33,420 bases of DNA, taken from a virus. Within the stretch, counting starts at the first letter, position 1. Every line of letters begins with the position of its first letter. A program made the translations under genes and the position numbers. This document shows positions 20,870-32,203 of the stretch, piece by piece. The DNA is taken from UHGV virus genome UHGV-0152658; one strand, written 5' to 3'. Below the pieces are notes generated by a model that worked only from the letters and a program-made list of their open reading frames with translations, was not told the origin of the DNA and ran no database searches.

Positions 20870-21717
20870 TGGCGGATTCGAATCTCAATGTGCCGGTAAT
20901 CATTCAGGCTACACGGCTCGACACATCAGTCCTTCCACGCAATATCTTCTCGCAGTCATATCTGCTGTACGTTATTGCACAGGGTACTGATGTTGGTAAC
21001 GTGGCTAACAAAGCCAACGAGGCCGGACAGGGCGCTTATGATGCACAAGTCAGGAACGATGAGCAGGATGTGATTCTCGCTGACCATGAGCAGCGAATTT
21101 CTGCTGCGGAAGCAACGCTTGTTAATCATGAGGAGCGAATCAGCCAGGCAGAATCAACTCTTCAGGACCATGAAACACGAATAGCTCAGAATGAAAGCGA
21201 TATTTCGTCGCTTGATACCAGAGTTCAGTCGCTGGAATCTCAGGTTTCAGACCATGAAACGCGCATCGATGCTCTGGAGTATGCCACTACTCGCAAGAAG
21301 TCAGAGGTTGTTTACTCTGGCGTATCTGTAACCATCCCGACAGCGCCGACCAACCTTGTTAGCCTGCTGAAAACGCTCACGCCGTCATCCGGCACATTGG
21401 CACCATTCTTCGACACCGTTAACAACAAGATGGTTGTGTTCAACGAGAACAAAACCCTGTTCTTCAAACTGTCGATCGTCGGGACGTGGCCCAGCGGAAC
21501 CGCAAACAGGTCAATGCAGCTAACCTTTTCCGGTTCTGTTCCTGACACACTGGTAAGCAGTCGTAACTCGGCGACAACAACCGATAACATCCTGTTAGCT
21601 ACGTTCTTCAGCGTGGATAAAGATGGCTTTCTTGCCTCAAATGGCAGTACGTTAACCATTCAGTCAAATGGTGCGGCGTTTACTGCCACAACCATCAAGA
21701 TAATCGCGGAGCAGTGA
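20869..21717 (+). CDS. Tail needle protein (P22 gp26-like) with C-terminal extension
   Basis: N-terminus [41 protein letters not shown]... is needle-like; central DHExRI heptad-type repeats; 282 aa, longer than the 233-aa P22 needle I recall. Confidence 0.8.
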   Translation: MADSNLNVPVIIQATRLDTSVLPRNIFSQSYLLYVIAQGTDVGNVANKANEAGQGAYDAQVRNDEQDVILADHEQRISAAEATLVNHEERISQAESTLQDHETRIAQNESDISSLDTRVQSLESQVSDHETRIDALEYATTRKKSEVVYSGVSVTIPTAPTNLVSLLKTLTPSSGTLAPFFDTVNNKMVVFNENKTLFFKLSIVGTWPSGTANRSMQLTFSGSVPDTLVSSRNSATTTDNILLATFFSVDKDGFLASNGSTLTIQSNGAAFTATTIKIIAEQ

Positions 21718-22172
21718 TGATTCAGTTCAAACCAACGCGAAACATCGACCTGATAGAAGCCATAGGAAATCACCCTGACATTATCGCCGGGAGCAACAAC
21801 GGTGATGGATACGACTACAAACCTGAATGCCGTTACTTTGAGGTGAGCGTGCACGGGCAGTTCGGCGGAATTGTTTATTATCAGGAGATTCAGCCGCTGA
21901 CCTTTGATTGCCACGCCATGTACCTGCCAGAGATTCGCGGATTCAGCAAGGAAATAGGGATGGCGTTCTGGCGATACATTTTGACCAACACCACCGTTCA
22001 GTGCGTCACATCATTTGCTGCACGCAAATTCCGCCACGGTCAGATGTACTGCGCAATGATTGGCCTTAAGCGTGTCGGAACCATCAAGAAATACTTCAAA
22101 GGCGTGGATGACGTGACTTTTTACAGCGCCACACGCGAAGAACTAATCGACTTCCTGAATCACGGGAGATAG
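21714..22172 (+). CDS. Head assembly / ejection-associated protein (P22 gp14 position)
   Basis: 152-aa ORF in the position of gene 14 between needle and gp7-like gene; assignment by synteny only. Confidence 0.6.
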   Translation: MMIQFKPTRNIDLIEAIGNHPDIIAGSNNGDGYDYKPECRYFEVSVHGQFGGIVYYQEIQPLTFDCHAMYLPEIRGFSKEIGMAFWRYILTNTTVQCVTSFAARKFRHGQMYCAMIGLKRVGTIKKYFKGVDDVTFYSATREELIDFLNHGR

Positions 22173-22174
22173 CC

Positions 22175-22867
22175 ATGTTATATGCATTTAAGCTGGGCAG
22201 AAAACTGCGCGGCGAGGAACCTTATTGCCCTGAAAAGGGTGGGAAAGGTGGCAGTTCTGATAAAAGCGCAAAGTATGCCGCAGAAGCTCAGAAGTATGCA
22301 GCAGACCTGCAAAATCAGCAGTGGCAGACGATCATGAAAAACCTTGCTCCGTTCACGCCTCTTGCGGAGCAGTATGTTAACCAGTTGCAGAATCTTTCCA
22401 GTTTAGAAGGTCAGGGGCAGGCACTTAATCAGTATTACAACTCTCAGCAGTATAAAGACCTTGCAGGTCAGGCGCGTTACCAGAGTCTTGCTGCTGCGGA
22501 GGCGACGGGTGGGCTTGGTTCGACAGCCACAAGCAATCAACTGACTACGATCGCGCCGACTCTCGGTCAGTCTTGGTTATCAAACCAGATGAGCAATTAC
22601 AACAATCTGGCAAACGTTGGGCTTGGTGCGCTGCAAGGTCAGGCAAACGCCGGGCAGACATACGCCAACAACATGAGCAGCATTGCACAGCAAAGCGCAG
22701 CACTTGCCGCTGCTAATGCCAATAAACCATCAAGTCTTCAGACTGCAATTAGCGGTGGCACGTCTGGTGCGATTGCCGGTGCAGGTCTTGCCAGCCTTTT
22801 GGGAACATCAACGCCTTGGGGCGCTGGCATTGGTGCTGGTATCGGATTGCTTGGCTCGTTGTTTTAA
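22175..22867 (+). CDS. Ejection protein (P22 gp7-like)
   Basis: 230 aa; Gln/Ala/Gly-rich with C-terminal hydrophobic Gly-rich segment; synteny. Confidence 0.75.
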   Translation: MLYAFKLGRKLRGEEPYCPEKGGKGGSSDKSAKYAAEAQKYAADLQNQQWQTIMKNLAPFTPLAEQYVNQLQNLSSLEGQGQALNQYYNSQQYKDLAGQARYQSLAAAEATGGLGSTATSNQLTTIAPTLGQSWLSNQMSNYNNLANVGLGALQGQANAGQTYANNMSSIAQQSAALAAANANKPSSLQTAISGGTSGAIAGAGLASLLGTSTPWGAGIGAGIGLLGSLF

Positions 22868-22876
22868 GGGGTAATC

Positions 22877-24283
22877 ATGGCTACTTGGCAAGGAACAAAC
22901 GGCGGATTGTTGGCTGGTATCGGCGGCGTCAACTCAAACGCTCCGAGCGTAAATGACATCGGCAATACGCTTCAGCTTATCAGGCAGAACAATGATATTG
23001 AGCGTTCAGGCGCTAACAATGTTGGGCTGACTGCTTTGCAAGGCCTTTCAGGTATTGCGGGGGTGTTTCAGCAGGAAAAGCAGGCTCAGCGGCAGAAAGA
23101 ATTTCAGCAGGCATACGCTAATGCTTATGCGTCTGGTGATCGCGGTGCTTTGCGTCAGTTGGCTACTCAATATCCAGACCAGATTGAATCCGTTCGTAAA
23201 GGCATGGGATTCATTGATGAAGACCAGCGCAATTCTATCGGCACCTTAGCGGCTGGCGCACGCCTTGCGGCCTCGTCTCCAGAAGCAATGCAATCATGGC
23301 TGCAAAACAACGCCAATGAGCTGGCGCGCGTCGGTGTTGACCCTAATAACGTTGCTCAGATGTATCAGCAGAATCCTTCAGGATTTGGTGAGTTTGTTGA
23401 TCACCTTGGGATGGCTGCTCTTGGTCCGATTGATTACTTCAATGTTCAGGACAAGATGGCTGGTCGTGAGATTGACCGAGGCAGACTGGCAGAGACAATC
23501 CGCAGCAATCAGGCTGGAGAAGCACTTCAGGAGAGAGGCCAAAACCTTTCCTATCAGTCAGCAATGACTGGGCACAATATCGCAGCACAACGTTTGGCTC
23601 TGGATCAGCAAGAGTTCGGGTTTAAGATGCAGCAAGCGCAGGAAAAGGCTCAGCAGTTGATTAGCGAAGCACCTAAGCTGTCAGTAAACATGGAAAAAGG
23701 CATCGAGACGGCTGTAAACAATGCCACAGCATCATCAAACTCAGCCAATTCTATGAGTGCGCTTGCTCAACAGTTCAGAGCAGAAAAACCAACGACAGGT
23801 TTGTTCGGTAACGCACAGAACATGTTCGCAAAACTTACCGGAAGCGATACGACATTGCGTGATTTGCGCATTCGCCAAAATGCCCTTGTTAACAGTCAGG
23901 TTCTTAAATTCCTACCTCCCGGCCCCGCAACGGATAAAGACGTTGAGATCGTTCGTCAGGGTGCACCAACTGACATGGATAACCCTGAGACGGTCGCAAG
24001 ATGGCTTGATGCTATGGCAAACCTTGAGCGACGAAACGCGCAGTTTAATGAGTTTAAAGCCGAGTGGATGAGCGCGAATGGCAACCCTGGACAATCGCGT
24101 AATGGCGGTCAGATATTGGGGTTGGATGTTAAAAAAGGTGAATCATTGGGGAGTGCCGTTAAGCGGTATATGTCAATGAATACTGACGCAGCGCCAGCAC
24201 AAGATTCGACACCTTCAGGAGAACCACGGAATCAGGTTGGATCATATACCTCAAAATCAGGCATTCAATTTACGGTGGAATGA
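22877..24283 (+). CDS. Ejection protein (P22 gp20-like)
   Basis: 468 aa; synteny and size. Confidence 0.75.
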   Translation: MATWQGTNGGLLAGIGGVNSNAPSVNDIGNTLQLIRQNNDIERSGANNVGLTALQGLSGIAGVFQQEKQAQRQKEFQQAYANAYASGDRGALRQLATQYPDQIESVRKGMGFIDEDQRNSIGTLAAGARLAASSPEAMQSWLQNNANELARVGVDPNNVAQMYQQNPSGFGEFVDHLGMAALGPIDYFNVQDKMAGREIDRGRLAETIRSNQAGEALQERGQNLSYQSAMTGHNIAAQRLALDQQEFGFKMQQAQEKAQQLISEAPKLSVNMEKGIETAVNNATASSNSANSMSALAQQFRAEKPTTGLFGNAQNMFAKLTGSDTTLRDLRIRQNALVNSQVLKFLPPGPATDKDVEIVRQGAPTDMDNPETVARWLDAMANLERRNAQFNEFKAEWMSANGNPGQSRNGGQILGLDVKKGESLGSAVKRYMSMNTDAAPAQDSTPSGEPRNQVGSYTSKSGIQFTVE

Positions 24284-26124
24284 TGAAAGTAACTGCAAAC
24301 GGTAAGACATTTACCTTTCCTGATGGTACGAGCACCGAAGATATTGGCACCGCCATTGATGAGTATTTTGCTGGTCAGGCTGTTCAGCAACAAACAGTTA
24401 ATCAGGCCAATAATGCACCAACACGGGAAGAACCATCATTGATGCAACAAGCTGGCGATTGGCTCACTGGTGGTCAAAGTGCAGGGCAAATTGCAGAACA
24501 GGCTGGTCGTGGTCTGGTAAACATACCATTCGACGTATTACAGGGCGGCGCAAGCCTGATTAATGCAATCAGTCAGGGGCTTGGTGGCCCCAAGGTTTTG
24601 GATGATGTTTATCGTCCAGTAGACAGACCGACAGACCCTTATGCGCAAGCTGGAGAAACAATTGGCGGGTATTTAGTTCCAGGAGTTGGAACGGCAGGAA
24701 GCATGGCTATTGGATCACTGGCAGAGGCCGCAAATCAGAAAGGCGATTTCGCACAAAATGCAGCTAAAAATGCCGGAGTTAACCTTGCCGTTCAGGGTGT
24801 TCTTTCCGCAGCAGCAAAGGGAATAGGGCGTGGAATAACGGCTATAAAAGGCGATATTGCGCCAGAAGTGGCGAAAAAAATTGCCACATCAGAATCGATG
24901 GGCGTGACACCTATGACATCTGATGTCATCCCACCGAAAAATGCATTCACTCGTGGTCTTACTCAGGATGCTGAGGGGGCCATTCTTGGAACTGGCAGTA
25001 AAAGGGCAGAGCAATATGCAACGCGTAGTAAGTTGGTAAGTAATTATTTTGACCGTTTTGGTGAGTACAACCCTGATGATGTGGTGAAATCTCTGACCAC
25101 CACGTTAAGGGGACGGAAGGATGCCGCTGGCGCTGTTATCAATGACGTCACCAATAAAATGGGTAATGCCGCAGTTGATACCACAAACACTATGAATGCT
25201 CTGAATACAGCGATCGCAAGACAGGAACGGCTTGGGACGTCTGCCAATCAAAGCCTGCTTACATCCTTGCGTAACCTACGTGAAGAATTAGCAAACCCTG
25301 CAACTGATTTGGATGTTACGTTTGATCTCTTGCGTCAGCACAGAACGGCATTTAGATTTAATGTTCAGGGAGATGCTATGGTCTTCCCCAACCAGGCAAA
25401 AGCAGCTACCAATATGGTAGAGAATGCAATGTCAAAAGACCTTCGTAACGCAGTTGCTAAAAACCTCGGTGCTTCAGACGCAGCAAAATACCTTAAAGCA
25501 AATTCCGATTATGCAAACGTTTATAATAAGGTGCTTAATAAAAACATTGCTAACAAGCTCAATAAGGCAAGTAGTGAAGCCAGCCCTGAACTTATAAATA
25601 CCGTTGTATTAAGCAGAAAACCATCTGACGTGAAACGAATCTGGAGCGCACTGGATGATAAGGGGAAAGATGCTATGCGTGCAGCTTACGTCAGCAAAAT
25701 AGCGGAAAAGGCCGGTGACTCTCCAGCCAAGTTCATCACGGAAGTTAATAAGCTGAAATCTCAGTCAGGCGGTGAAATTTACAACACTATTTTTTCTGGA
25801 AAGCACATGAAAGAGCTTGATGCTCTTCATGAAGTTCTACAGCAAACAGCAAGGTCAGACACCGCAAATGTAGTAACTCAGACGGGGCAATCGCAAGCCA
25901 ACAGGATAAGGACGATTGGCGCAACTGCGACTCTTGGCGTATCAATGGGGCTTGAGGCTGGTTTCGGTGCAATGATGCGCTTGTATGAATTCAAAGCAGC
26001 AAGGAATGCGCTCTTACGTCTGGCAAACACCAAAGCTGGAACGCCAGCTTATGAAAGAGCGCTAAATAATGCTGCAAATGCGATACGTCCTATACTTTCA
26101 AGCCAAATTACAGCAGAACAATAG
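24283..26124 (+). CDS. Ejection protein (P22 gp16-like)
   Basis: About 613 aa; second ATG (24283) has better spacing to the GGTGGA Shine-Dalgarno than the first ATG at 24280. Confidence 0.75.
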   Translation: MKVTANGKTFTFPDGTSTEDIGTAIDEYFAGQAVQQQTVNQANNAPTREEPSLMQQAGDWLTGGQSAGQIAEQAGRGLVNIPFDVLQGGASLINAISQGLGGPKVLDDVYRPVDRPTDPYAQAGETIGGYLVPGVGTAGSMAIGSLAEAANQKGDFAQNAAKNAGVNLAVQGVLSAAAKGIGRGITAIKGDIAPEVAKKIATSESMGVTPMTSDVIPPKNAFTRGLTQDAEGAILGTGSKRAEQYATRSKLVSNYFDRFGEYNPDDVVKSLTTTLRGRKDAAGAVINDVTNKMGNAAVDTTNTMNALNTAIARQERLGTSANQSLLTSLRNLREELANPATDLDVTFDLLRQHRTAFRFNVQGDAMVFPNQAKAATNMVENAMSKDLRNAVAKNLGASDAAKYLKANSDYANVYNKVLNKNIANKLNKASSEASPELINTVVLSRKPSDVKRIWSALDDKGKDAMRAAYVSKIAEKAGDSPAKFITEVNKLKSQSGGEIYNTIFSGKHMKELDALHEVLQQTARSDTANVVTQTGQSQANRIRTIGATATLGVSMGLEAGFGAMMRLYEFKAARNALLRLANTKAGTPAYERALNNAANAIRPILSSQITAEQ

Positions 26125-26175
26125 ATAAATAATTAACTAAGCACATAACTACTGACAGATAACCAACGCAACGAC

Positions 26176-26196
26176 CCAGCTTCGGCTGGTTTTTTT
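26176..26196 (+). terminator. Intrinsic terminator after the ejection-protein operon
   Basis: Stem ccagc / gctgg with UUCG loop, followed by TTTTTTT. Confidence 0.6.
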
Positions 26197-26254
26197 ATGC
26201 CCAAAATTCACCGTAGCCACGCTGCGGCGTTTCCTTGTATCCGGAGCAAATTAA

Positions 26255-28678
26255 ATGACAGACATTACAGCCAATGTTGTAATTGGGATGCCTTCGCAAC
26301 TCTTCACTATGGCGCGTTCTTTTAAAGCCGTAGCCAATGGAAAAATTTATATCGGTAAAATTGACACTGACCCGGTAAATACTGAAAACCAGATTCAGGT
26401 TTATGTGGAGAACGAAGACGGTTCTCACGTTCCTGTTGCACAGCCAATCGTTATCAATGCTGCTGGATATCCGGTGCATAACGGACAGATTGCCAAATTC
26501 GTTACTGTGCAAGGTCATTCTATGTCTGTTTATGATGCGTACGGTGTGCAGCAGTTCTATTTTCCGAATGTGCTGAAGTATGACCCCGATCAATTGCGTC
26601 AGCAAATTGAAAGTAATGGGGGCGCATCAATAATAGGGACGGCAACTGGCACTACTGTTCAGGAAGAGTTAAATAAGTTAAAGAGTCTTCCTTTTCTGTA
26701 TCCAGAGCTCTATTTTGATGGGAATGAGGTGGATCATACATTAGCGTTTAAAAAAATGTATGCAGACGCAAAGATATTGAAAAAATCGGTTGTTGCTACA
26801 GGGAATTATGTTCTCACGGCAAGTTCCACAGACCCGATTGAAATAACAGTTAGCTCAGATATGAGTGATGCAACAGTGACGTGCTCTACATATCAGGGTG
26901 GAGATGTCTGGTCTTTGGACAAGACACTATTTGAAATCGCTCAGGATGAAAATGATGTCACTGAAATGTTTTCCGCAGTAAGTTACCTGAAAGGGCAGAC
27001 GAGCTTCCCTGTTACCGGATTACAGGGAACTATTATTCTTGATTCTACAGATGTTGTGATGGTGAGAAATAATGGTGGTAGTCTGTCAGACCAACTAAAA
27101 ACAGAAGTTCACGAGATTGACGCTGACGGTAACTTGCGTTATCGGAACTATTATATTTATAACGATCGACCTGTTGTTAAATATAAACCTTTTACAAATA
27201 TCCTGTATTTTAAAATGCCAAAGGTTGTTCTGGATGGGGCAAGAATCAATAATGCTGTTCTTTGCTCAAGGAATAACACCATAATACATGGAAATACAGT
27301 TGATGTAATAAATAATGGTAGCACAAGGCAGGTAGTAAACTTCCAACGATGCTCAAGAGTTTATGTTAACAACCTATACATGAGTCCTGTTGGATATCTT
27401 GATGGTACTGCACCCTCCATCCCCGCGGGAAGAAATGAGGCAGCTTATTTTATCCTCACTGAAAAATGTTCTGATGTAACAATGGATAATTGCTGCAGCA
27501 TCAATGGATGGGGCGGCTTTGATGGTAATAAATCACGGAATATACATATTAATCGATGTGACCTCCCTGGTGTTGGCGGTCACTACAGCATGTCTGATAT
27601 TTACCTCAATGAGTCGACAGTTCGTTATCATTGCGCGGCGCAAGGTTGGGGAGAATGGGTGGCCACTAACTGTAAACATCTTGGCATGTACGGGAAAAAT
27701 ACTCTTGAATTCTTCTCTGTGAAGCGAGATTACATGTCATCATGGGATGGTGAGATTCGAGTTGAAGGTTTACGAGTCATGTTACCGTCTACGTGTGAAG
27801 AGTATTTCTTGGTAAGCAGTCTTGAACCAAAATATAATGGTAATTTTATCGCCACAAGCCCGGATGTAGTGATAAAGGACGTGTCTCTTGATCTGACTAA
27901 TGCCTCTGGACTTGTGGAATTTAGAATATTGGATCTCGGCGTGTCAGGCGGAAATAATTATGAGCAATATATGATTCTGCCAAACAACCACTATATTGAA
28001 AATGTAAAGGTTGTAGGGACACGTTCTTATGATTCCAATTTATCCGTCAGCGTTGTCTACAATCAAAGGAACTACTCAAGATTAACGGCCGCTCAGTTTT
28101 CAACTATCGTAGGTAGAGGGAAATACAAGCTTACAGTGAAGGATGTGGATCTCGCTCGGCTTGGGAATACTACGCAGTTATCAAACCCAAGGTATAACGT
28201 GCAAGCGTTTAAGTTTACCACTTACCGCGTTCCACAGGATGTGAACGTCGATAACAGCTACAATTGCGTCCCTTACATTTCAGCATGGGATGACATGCTG
28301 GTGCGTATAACCAATCAAGACATGGCCATGGGGTATATCGACGGCGCGGTTGCTCGCACTTCCGCTTCATACAACAGGATCTTTTTTAACAACTGTCGAA
28401 TCTATGGATTAGGTTGGGGCAGTAGCGGTGGGCAACGAACAGGTATATTTGACTTTACAAGTTGTGTATTTGGATGGTTATCTGCAATCACTGGAGTTGC
28501 GGAGACATCTAATGCAACTATAGGCCTGCTTTTTGGCGCGAATGAGTCCGGTAATAGTGCTACTGGTAAATATTCCGGATGCGCAATTCTGGTCCAGTCA
28601 AACGCTTTCCAGTTGGCTGATTCAACATTCCGTACAAGAGTCCAGACCAACTATACAAACAACGGGGTATACCAATAA
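26255..28678 (+). CDS. Tailspike protein: conserved N-terminal head-binding domain plus a divergent receptor-binding (probably beta-helix) domain
   Basis: N-terminal about 110 aa ([42 protein letters not shown]...[15 protein letters not shown]...NVLKYDPDQ) matches the P22 tailspike head-binding domain as I recall it; the rest differs from P22 gp9 and is AT-rich; 807 aa. Confidence 0.85.
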   Translation: MTDITANVVIGMPSQLFTMARSFKAVANGKIYIGKIDTDPVNTENQIQVYVENEDGSHVPVAQPIVINAAGYPVHNGQIAKFVTVQGHSMSVYDAYGVQQFYFPNVLKYDPDQLRQQIESNGGASIIGTATGTTVQEELNKLKSLPFLYPELYFDGNEVDHTLAFKKMYADAKILKKSVVATGNYVLTASSTDPIEITVSSDMSDATVTCSTYQGGDVWSLDKTLFEIAQDENDVTEMFSAVSYLKGQTSFPVTGLQGTIILDSTDVVMVRNNGGSLSDQLKTEVHEIDADGNLRYRNYYIYNDRPVVKYKPFTNILYFKMPKVVLDGARINNAVLCSRNNTIIHGNTVDVINNGSTRQVVNFQRCSRVYVNNLYMSPVGYLDGTAPSIPAGRNEAAYFILTEKCSDVTMDNCCSINGWGGFDGNKSRNIHINRCDLPGVGGHYSMSDIYLNESTVRYHCAAQGWGEWVATNCKHLGMYGKNTLEFFSVKRDYMSSWDGEIRVEGLRVMLPSTCEEYFLVSSLEPKYNGNFIATSPDVVIKDVSLDLTNASGLVEFRILDLGVSGGNNYEQYMILPNNHYIENVKVVGTRSYDSNLSVSVVYNQRNYSRLTAAQFSTIVGRGKYKLTVKDVDLARLGNTTQLSNPRYNVQAFKFTTYRVPQDVNVDNSYNCVPYISAWDDMLVRITNQDMAMGYIDGAVARTSASYNRIFFNNCRIYGLGWGSSGGQRTGIFDFTSCVFGWLSAITGVAETSNATIGLLFGANESGNSATGKYSGCAILVQSNAFQLADSTFRTRVQTNYTNNGVYQ

Positions 28679-28679
28679 A

Positions 28680-28707
28680 CTCAAGGGGGCTGAACCCCCT
28701 TGAGTTT
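28680..28707. terminator. Bidirectional intrinsic terminator between convergent tailspike and gtrC
   Basis: Perfect 10-bp stem ctcaaggggg / cccccttgag with 5-nt loop, U-rich tracts on both sides (TTTAT downstream on plus, TTTATT on minus). Confidence 0.8.
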
Positions 28708-28711
28708 ATGA

Positions 28712-30133
28712 CTACTTGAATGTAACGATATAAATCCCAGAATCTTTTTGCAGTTTGTAATTCCTGCCATCTTCAATCAATTCTACATTCTTACCATCTG
28801 ATTTAGCAATTTCTGCATTCATTCCTGAGTACCAGAAATAAGCATTCATAAACCATTTAGAAGTCAGGTTAAATTTCACAATATTTTTTAGGATTGGATA
28901 ATCAAGATAGATCTGCTTAAGATAATGAGGAAGGTTAGGCTCATTTCTTATATCAATCTTAACTAACCCAGAACGTTTATCCATGCTGTCAATAGATGCA
29001 ATAACTGATTCTAACTTCCTGATTTTATATTCAGACTCGTATTTGAAAGCATTCACATAAATAGATGCCATTGCTACCGAAATGAATAAATAAAATGCAG
29101 TTATCAAATATACAGCATATCTTACCTTAGAATCTTTTATCTTTAGCAAAGGTGTAAGTGCGACCATTAGAAATGCAGGGAAAGACATCAGCACTCTGGA
29201 TGATATTATAGCATTGCTAAACATTGCGTAGGGAATAAACAACAATAAGAATGAAATTGGCAATGAGACGGCAAATAACAATGAATCAAGGTATCTTCCA
29301 CTTGTGAAAGATTTAACTGCTTGCCACAGACACACTGCGTAAGAAATAACAACGAGCACTGAAACAACTGCTAGTTGAGTCGTCGATAACGAAGTTAACA
29401 ATGAAAATATATAGTTAATATTAGATAAGAACTCGCTAATTCCATCACGATTTAAGTGAACTATTGTCGTGTGGTTGTCAACGTATACATCTGTAGAAAG
29501 CAATGTAGTTGTAGTCTGAACAATGGCAAAGGTGACAACGAATATCACAACGCTGCTTAACACGTATCTCATATTTTCCTTTTGCGTTTTACTATTAAGC
29601 AAGTTGTTTAAAGACTGAAGAATGACAAGGCAGACAAATACAGCAAACGAAGTTTGATAGAAAAAGCTTGCTGCAGTGAGAAGCAGCAGTCTGAAAATAA
29701 AATTGAATTTATGTTCATACCTAACGGCCGCCAGCATAGCCAAAGAAAACGATGCCGACATTCCAATAACATCAATGTGGTATGACATGTTTTCAATATA
29801 AAATGGAGAACAAATTAAAACACATATCGTGATTGTTTTTGCAATCCATTGCTTGCCAAACACAGATTCAGCAAAGTAATTGCAGGCTACTATCATGATA
29901 ACAAATGAAACAACAAGGTTCAGTTGATAAACATCTGGCGAGATCAACTTTCCTGATGAATTCAAAAGGATGTAATACAACTCGGTAAGAAATCGACCTT
30001 GAGAAGCTAGCCCGATATATCCGTATGAATATCTTGCTACATCATCCACAAAAGGAGGCATATAAAAGAATGGAAGGAAGAAGCAAGCGACTATAAGTAT
30101 CGCTGGCATTTCATATCGCGTTAATTTAAACAT
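28712..30133 (-). CDS. Serotype-specific O-antigen glucosyltransferase (GtrC-type polytopic membrane protein)
   Basis: 473-aa protein with many hydrophobic helices, AT-rich, last gene of a gtrA-gtrB operon; specificity cannot be read from sequence. Confidence 0.75.
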   Translation of the reverse strand: MFKLTRYEMPAILIVACFFLPFFYMPPFVDDVARYSYGYIGLASQGRFLTELYYILLNSSGKLISPDVYQLNLVVSFVIMIVACNYFAESVFGKQWIAKTITICVLICSPFYIENMSYHIDVIGMSASFSLAMLAAVRYEHKFNFIFRLLLLTAASFFYQTSFAVFVCLVILQSLNNLLNSKTQKENMRYVLSSVVIFVVTFAIVQTTTTLLSTDVYVDNHTTIVHLNRDGISEFLSNINYIFSLLTSLSTTQLAVVSVLVVISYAVCLWQAVKSFTSGRYLDSLLFAVSLPISFLLLFIPYAMFSNAIISSRVLMSFPAFLMVALTPLLKIKDSKVRYAVYLITAFYLFISVAMASIYVNAFKYESEYKIRKLESVIASIDSMDKRSGLVKIDIRNEPNLPHYLKQIYLDYPILKNIVKFNLTSKWFMNAYFWYSGMNAEIAKSDGKNVELIEDGRNYKLQKDSGIYIVTFK

Positions 30134-31049
30134 CTTTAGACCCCTTAATTATATATCTTGGTCTTGATTTTACTTCGACATATATTCTGCCAATGTATTC
30201 CCCAAGCACACCAATACCTATCAACTGAATTCCCCCCAGGAAAAGAATTGAAACCAATAGCGATGGATAACCACGGACAGCATTACCGAACACCAATGTG
30301 TCGAAAATCATCCACACCCCGTAAAGGAACGAGAGTCCCGCAACAAGTAGACCGATGTAAGTCCACACGCGCAAGGGGAAGGTCGAGAAACTTGTAATCC
30401 CCTCAAGCGCCAGGTTCCAGAGCTTCCAGCCATTGAACTTTGTGCTTCCGGCAACGCGTTCAGCACGGATGTATTCAACAACATCCGTCTTACCGCCAAC
30501 CCAAGATAAAACGCCTTTCATAAACAGGTTACGCTCTGGCAGTAGTTTGATATTTTCTACCATCTCTCGTGACATAAGACGGAAGTCACCAACGTTCTCT
30601 TCAATCTGCGGATTACTAATTTTGTTGTGAAGTTTATAAAACCACTCAGCAGTTTTACGCTTTAACCTACCATCAGTTGATCTGTCAGAGCGCTTTGCCA
30701 GCACCATATCAGCACCTGCCTGCCACTTTTCAATAAGATGAGGAATGACCTCAATCGGGTCTTGCAGGTCAACATCAATTGGAATCACGGCATCGCCAGT
30801 TGCATGGTCTAACCCTGCAAACAATGCTGGTTCTTTACCAAAGTTGCGTGTAAATGACAGCGGAACAACTAGCGGATCAGAAACAGCCAGAGCATTAATA
30901 ATTGACTCCGTAGCGTCTTTGCTTCCGTCATTTATGAAAACAATTTCCACTTCATATGGCTTCAACTCTTCGAATTCACGTACCGTTTTATAAAAAATTG
31001 GTATCGCTTCTTCTTCATTGAAGACAGGAACTACAAGAGATATCTTCAT
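30126..31049 (-). CDS. gtrB: Bactoprenol glucosyltransferase GtrB (GT2 family)
   Basis: N-terminal GT2 signature ([11 protein letters not shown]...FINDGSKD...DVDLQDP) and C-terminal TM helices; 307 aa. Confidence 0.9.
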   Translation of the reverse strand: MKISLVVPVFNEEEAIPIFYKTVREFEELKPYEVEIVFINDGSKDATESIINALAVSDPLVVPLSFTRNFGKEPALFAGLDHATGDAVIPIDVDLQDPIEVIPHLIEKWQAGADMVLAKRSDRSTDGRLKRKTAEWFYKLHNKISNPQIEENVGDFRLMSREMVENIKLLPERNLFMKGVLSWVGGKTDVVEYIRAERVAGSTKFNGWKLWNLALEGITSFSTFPLRVWTYIGLLVAGLSFLYGVWMIFDTLVFGNAVRGYPSLLVSILFLGGIQLIGIGVLGEYIGRIYVEVKSRPRYIIKGSKDV

Positions 31050-31408
31050 TTCGCATCCCTAAAGACAATGAACTTTGAATAGACGAAACCGCACACCAGG
31101 CTGATGGCGGAAAAGGTGACGAGAGTGATAATTGGAGGAAGTGAACATCTATCAGCAGCCCATCCAACAGTTGCACTCAGTGTTCCCATGAACCCGACAA
31201 ATAACATGTAGCGCATCGTTGTAGTCGATGCTTTGAATGTGAATTTTGCATTCGCGAAGAAGCTAAAACTCACAGCCACAACGAAACCTGCGAAGTTTGC
31301 CAGAGCCTGATTGGTATGCGCGGCATAGATACATACACCAAAAACCACCCAGTGTATAAGTGTGTTCAGCACACCAATCGAGGTGTACTTTGCAAATAGC
31401 TTTAACAT
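31046..31408 (-). CDS. gtrA: GtrA flippase-like small membrane protein
   Basis: 120 aa, four predicted TM helices, GtrA-like; ATGA overlap with gtrB. Confidence 0.88.
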   Translation of the reverse strand: MLKLFAKYTSIGVLNTLIHWVVFGVCIYAAHTNQALANFAGFVVAVSFSFFANAKFTFKASTTTMRYMLFVGFMGTLSATVGWAADRCSLPPIITLVTFSAISLVCGFVYSKFIVFRDAK

Positions 31409-31932
31409 TTATTTAATCAATGAGTTCTGAAAGGCATGAAGTCTATCATCCAAGTCTCAATCGATCGATACTTGCGGTAGTTGATGAAGAAAAACTCTGG
31501 TACACAAAGCTTTGCACTGGATTGCAAGGATTTGTGTCATTCGATAGTTAAGGTGGTTCACTCCACCTTTTCATCAAGCCAGTCTGCCCACCACTGCATC
31601 ATTTCTCTGCGCTTAACGTAGCGGATGCCTCACTATCACACGGTGATGGTTCATTACTGCTTTGTAGAATGGATAGAGAACTGAGGATAAAAAGATATCC
31701 CAAAACCCCAAAATCTCATCTTTAGGATTTGCAGAAAGGGAGGCGTGAACAGATACCTGCGCATGAAGACGGAACTAGTCCAGATGTGATATTTGTGGTG
31801 ATCACATACATCATCAACGATGCTCGTTATGGTGAGTTTGATGACTACCCGCTGAAGTGAAAATTGTGTTGTGTACCAAATTGCGTACCAAACTAAAATC
31901 ACAAATCATGAAACCCTTGTTAATGGCGGTTC

Positions 31933-31995
31933 TCAGGGGTGTTGCGCGTAATCGTGAAACAAAAAGGTAGATTGTTGCTTACCGTCATTCATCAT
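31933..31995 (-). pseudogene. sbcB: 5' remnant of host sbcB (exonuclease I) truncated at the prophage junction (attR)
   Basis: Minus strand from ATG at 31995 translates MMNDGKQQSTFLFHDY, which I recognise as the SbcB N-terminus, then AQHP and a stop. Confidence 0.7.
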
Positions 31996-32203
31996 TAGGT
32001 TAAATCCGTTATTTCTGCTGTCTGCCAGAGTATCAAATATCACCGTGCTAATCAGCTTTAGCGCGACAATTTGGCAGCGAGTGGCAACAGTTCATGTCAG
32101 ATAAAAATGAGATAGTAGTCACATTTTCTTGCACTTTATTCCAGCCAGTTCATAAGTATTTCCGTAAAAAGAACAGCTATTTGAAACACCTGAGGGTTTG
32201 CTG

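Noticed and set aside
26195-26605. 136-aa minus-strand ORF overlapping the tailspike start
   Set aside because: It is antisense to the conserved tailspike head-binding domain and runs across the upstream terminator.
31409-31640. Dam/OxyR phase-variation switch upstream of gtrA, as described for some Salmonella gtr operons
   Set aside because: I find only one GATC (in caatcGATCgatac) in the putative promoter region, not the paired clusters of GATC sites such a switch needs.
31654-31902. 82-aa minus-strand ORF in the gtrA-attR interval
   Set aside because: No convincing ribosome-binding site, and Trp/Phe-rich low-complexity translation. The interval is more likely the non-coding attP-derived arm; the integrase would lie at the other prophage end.
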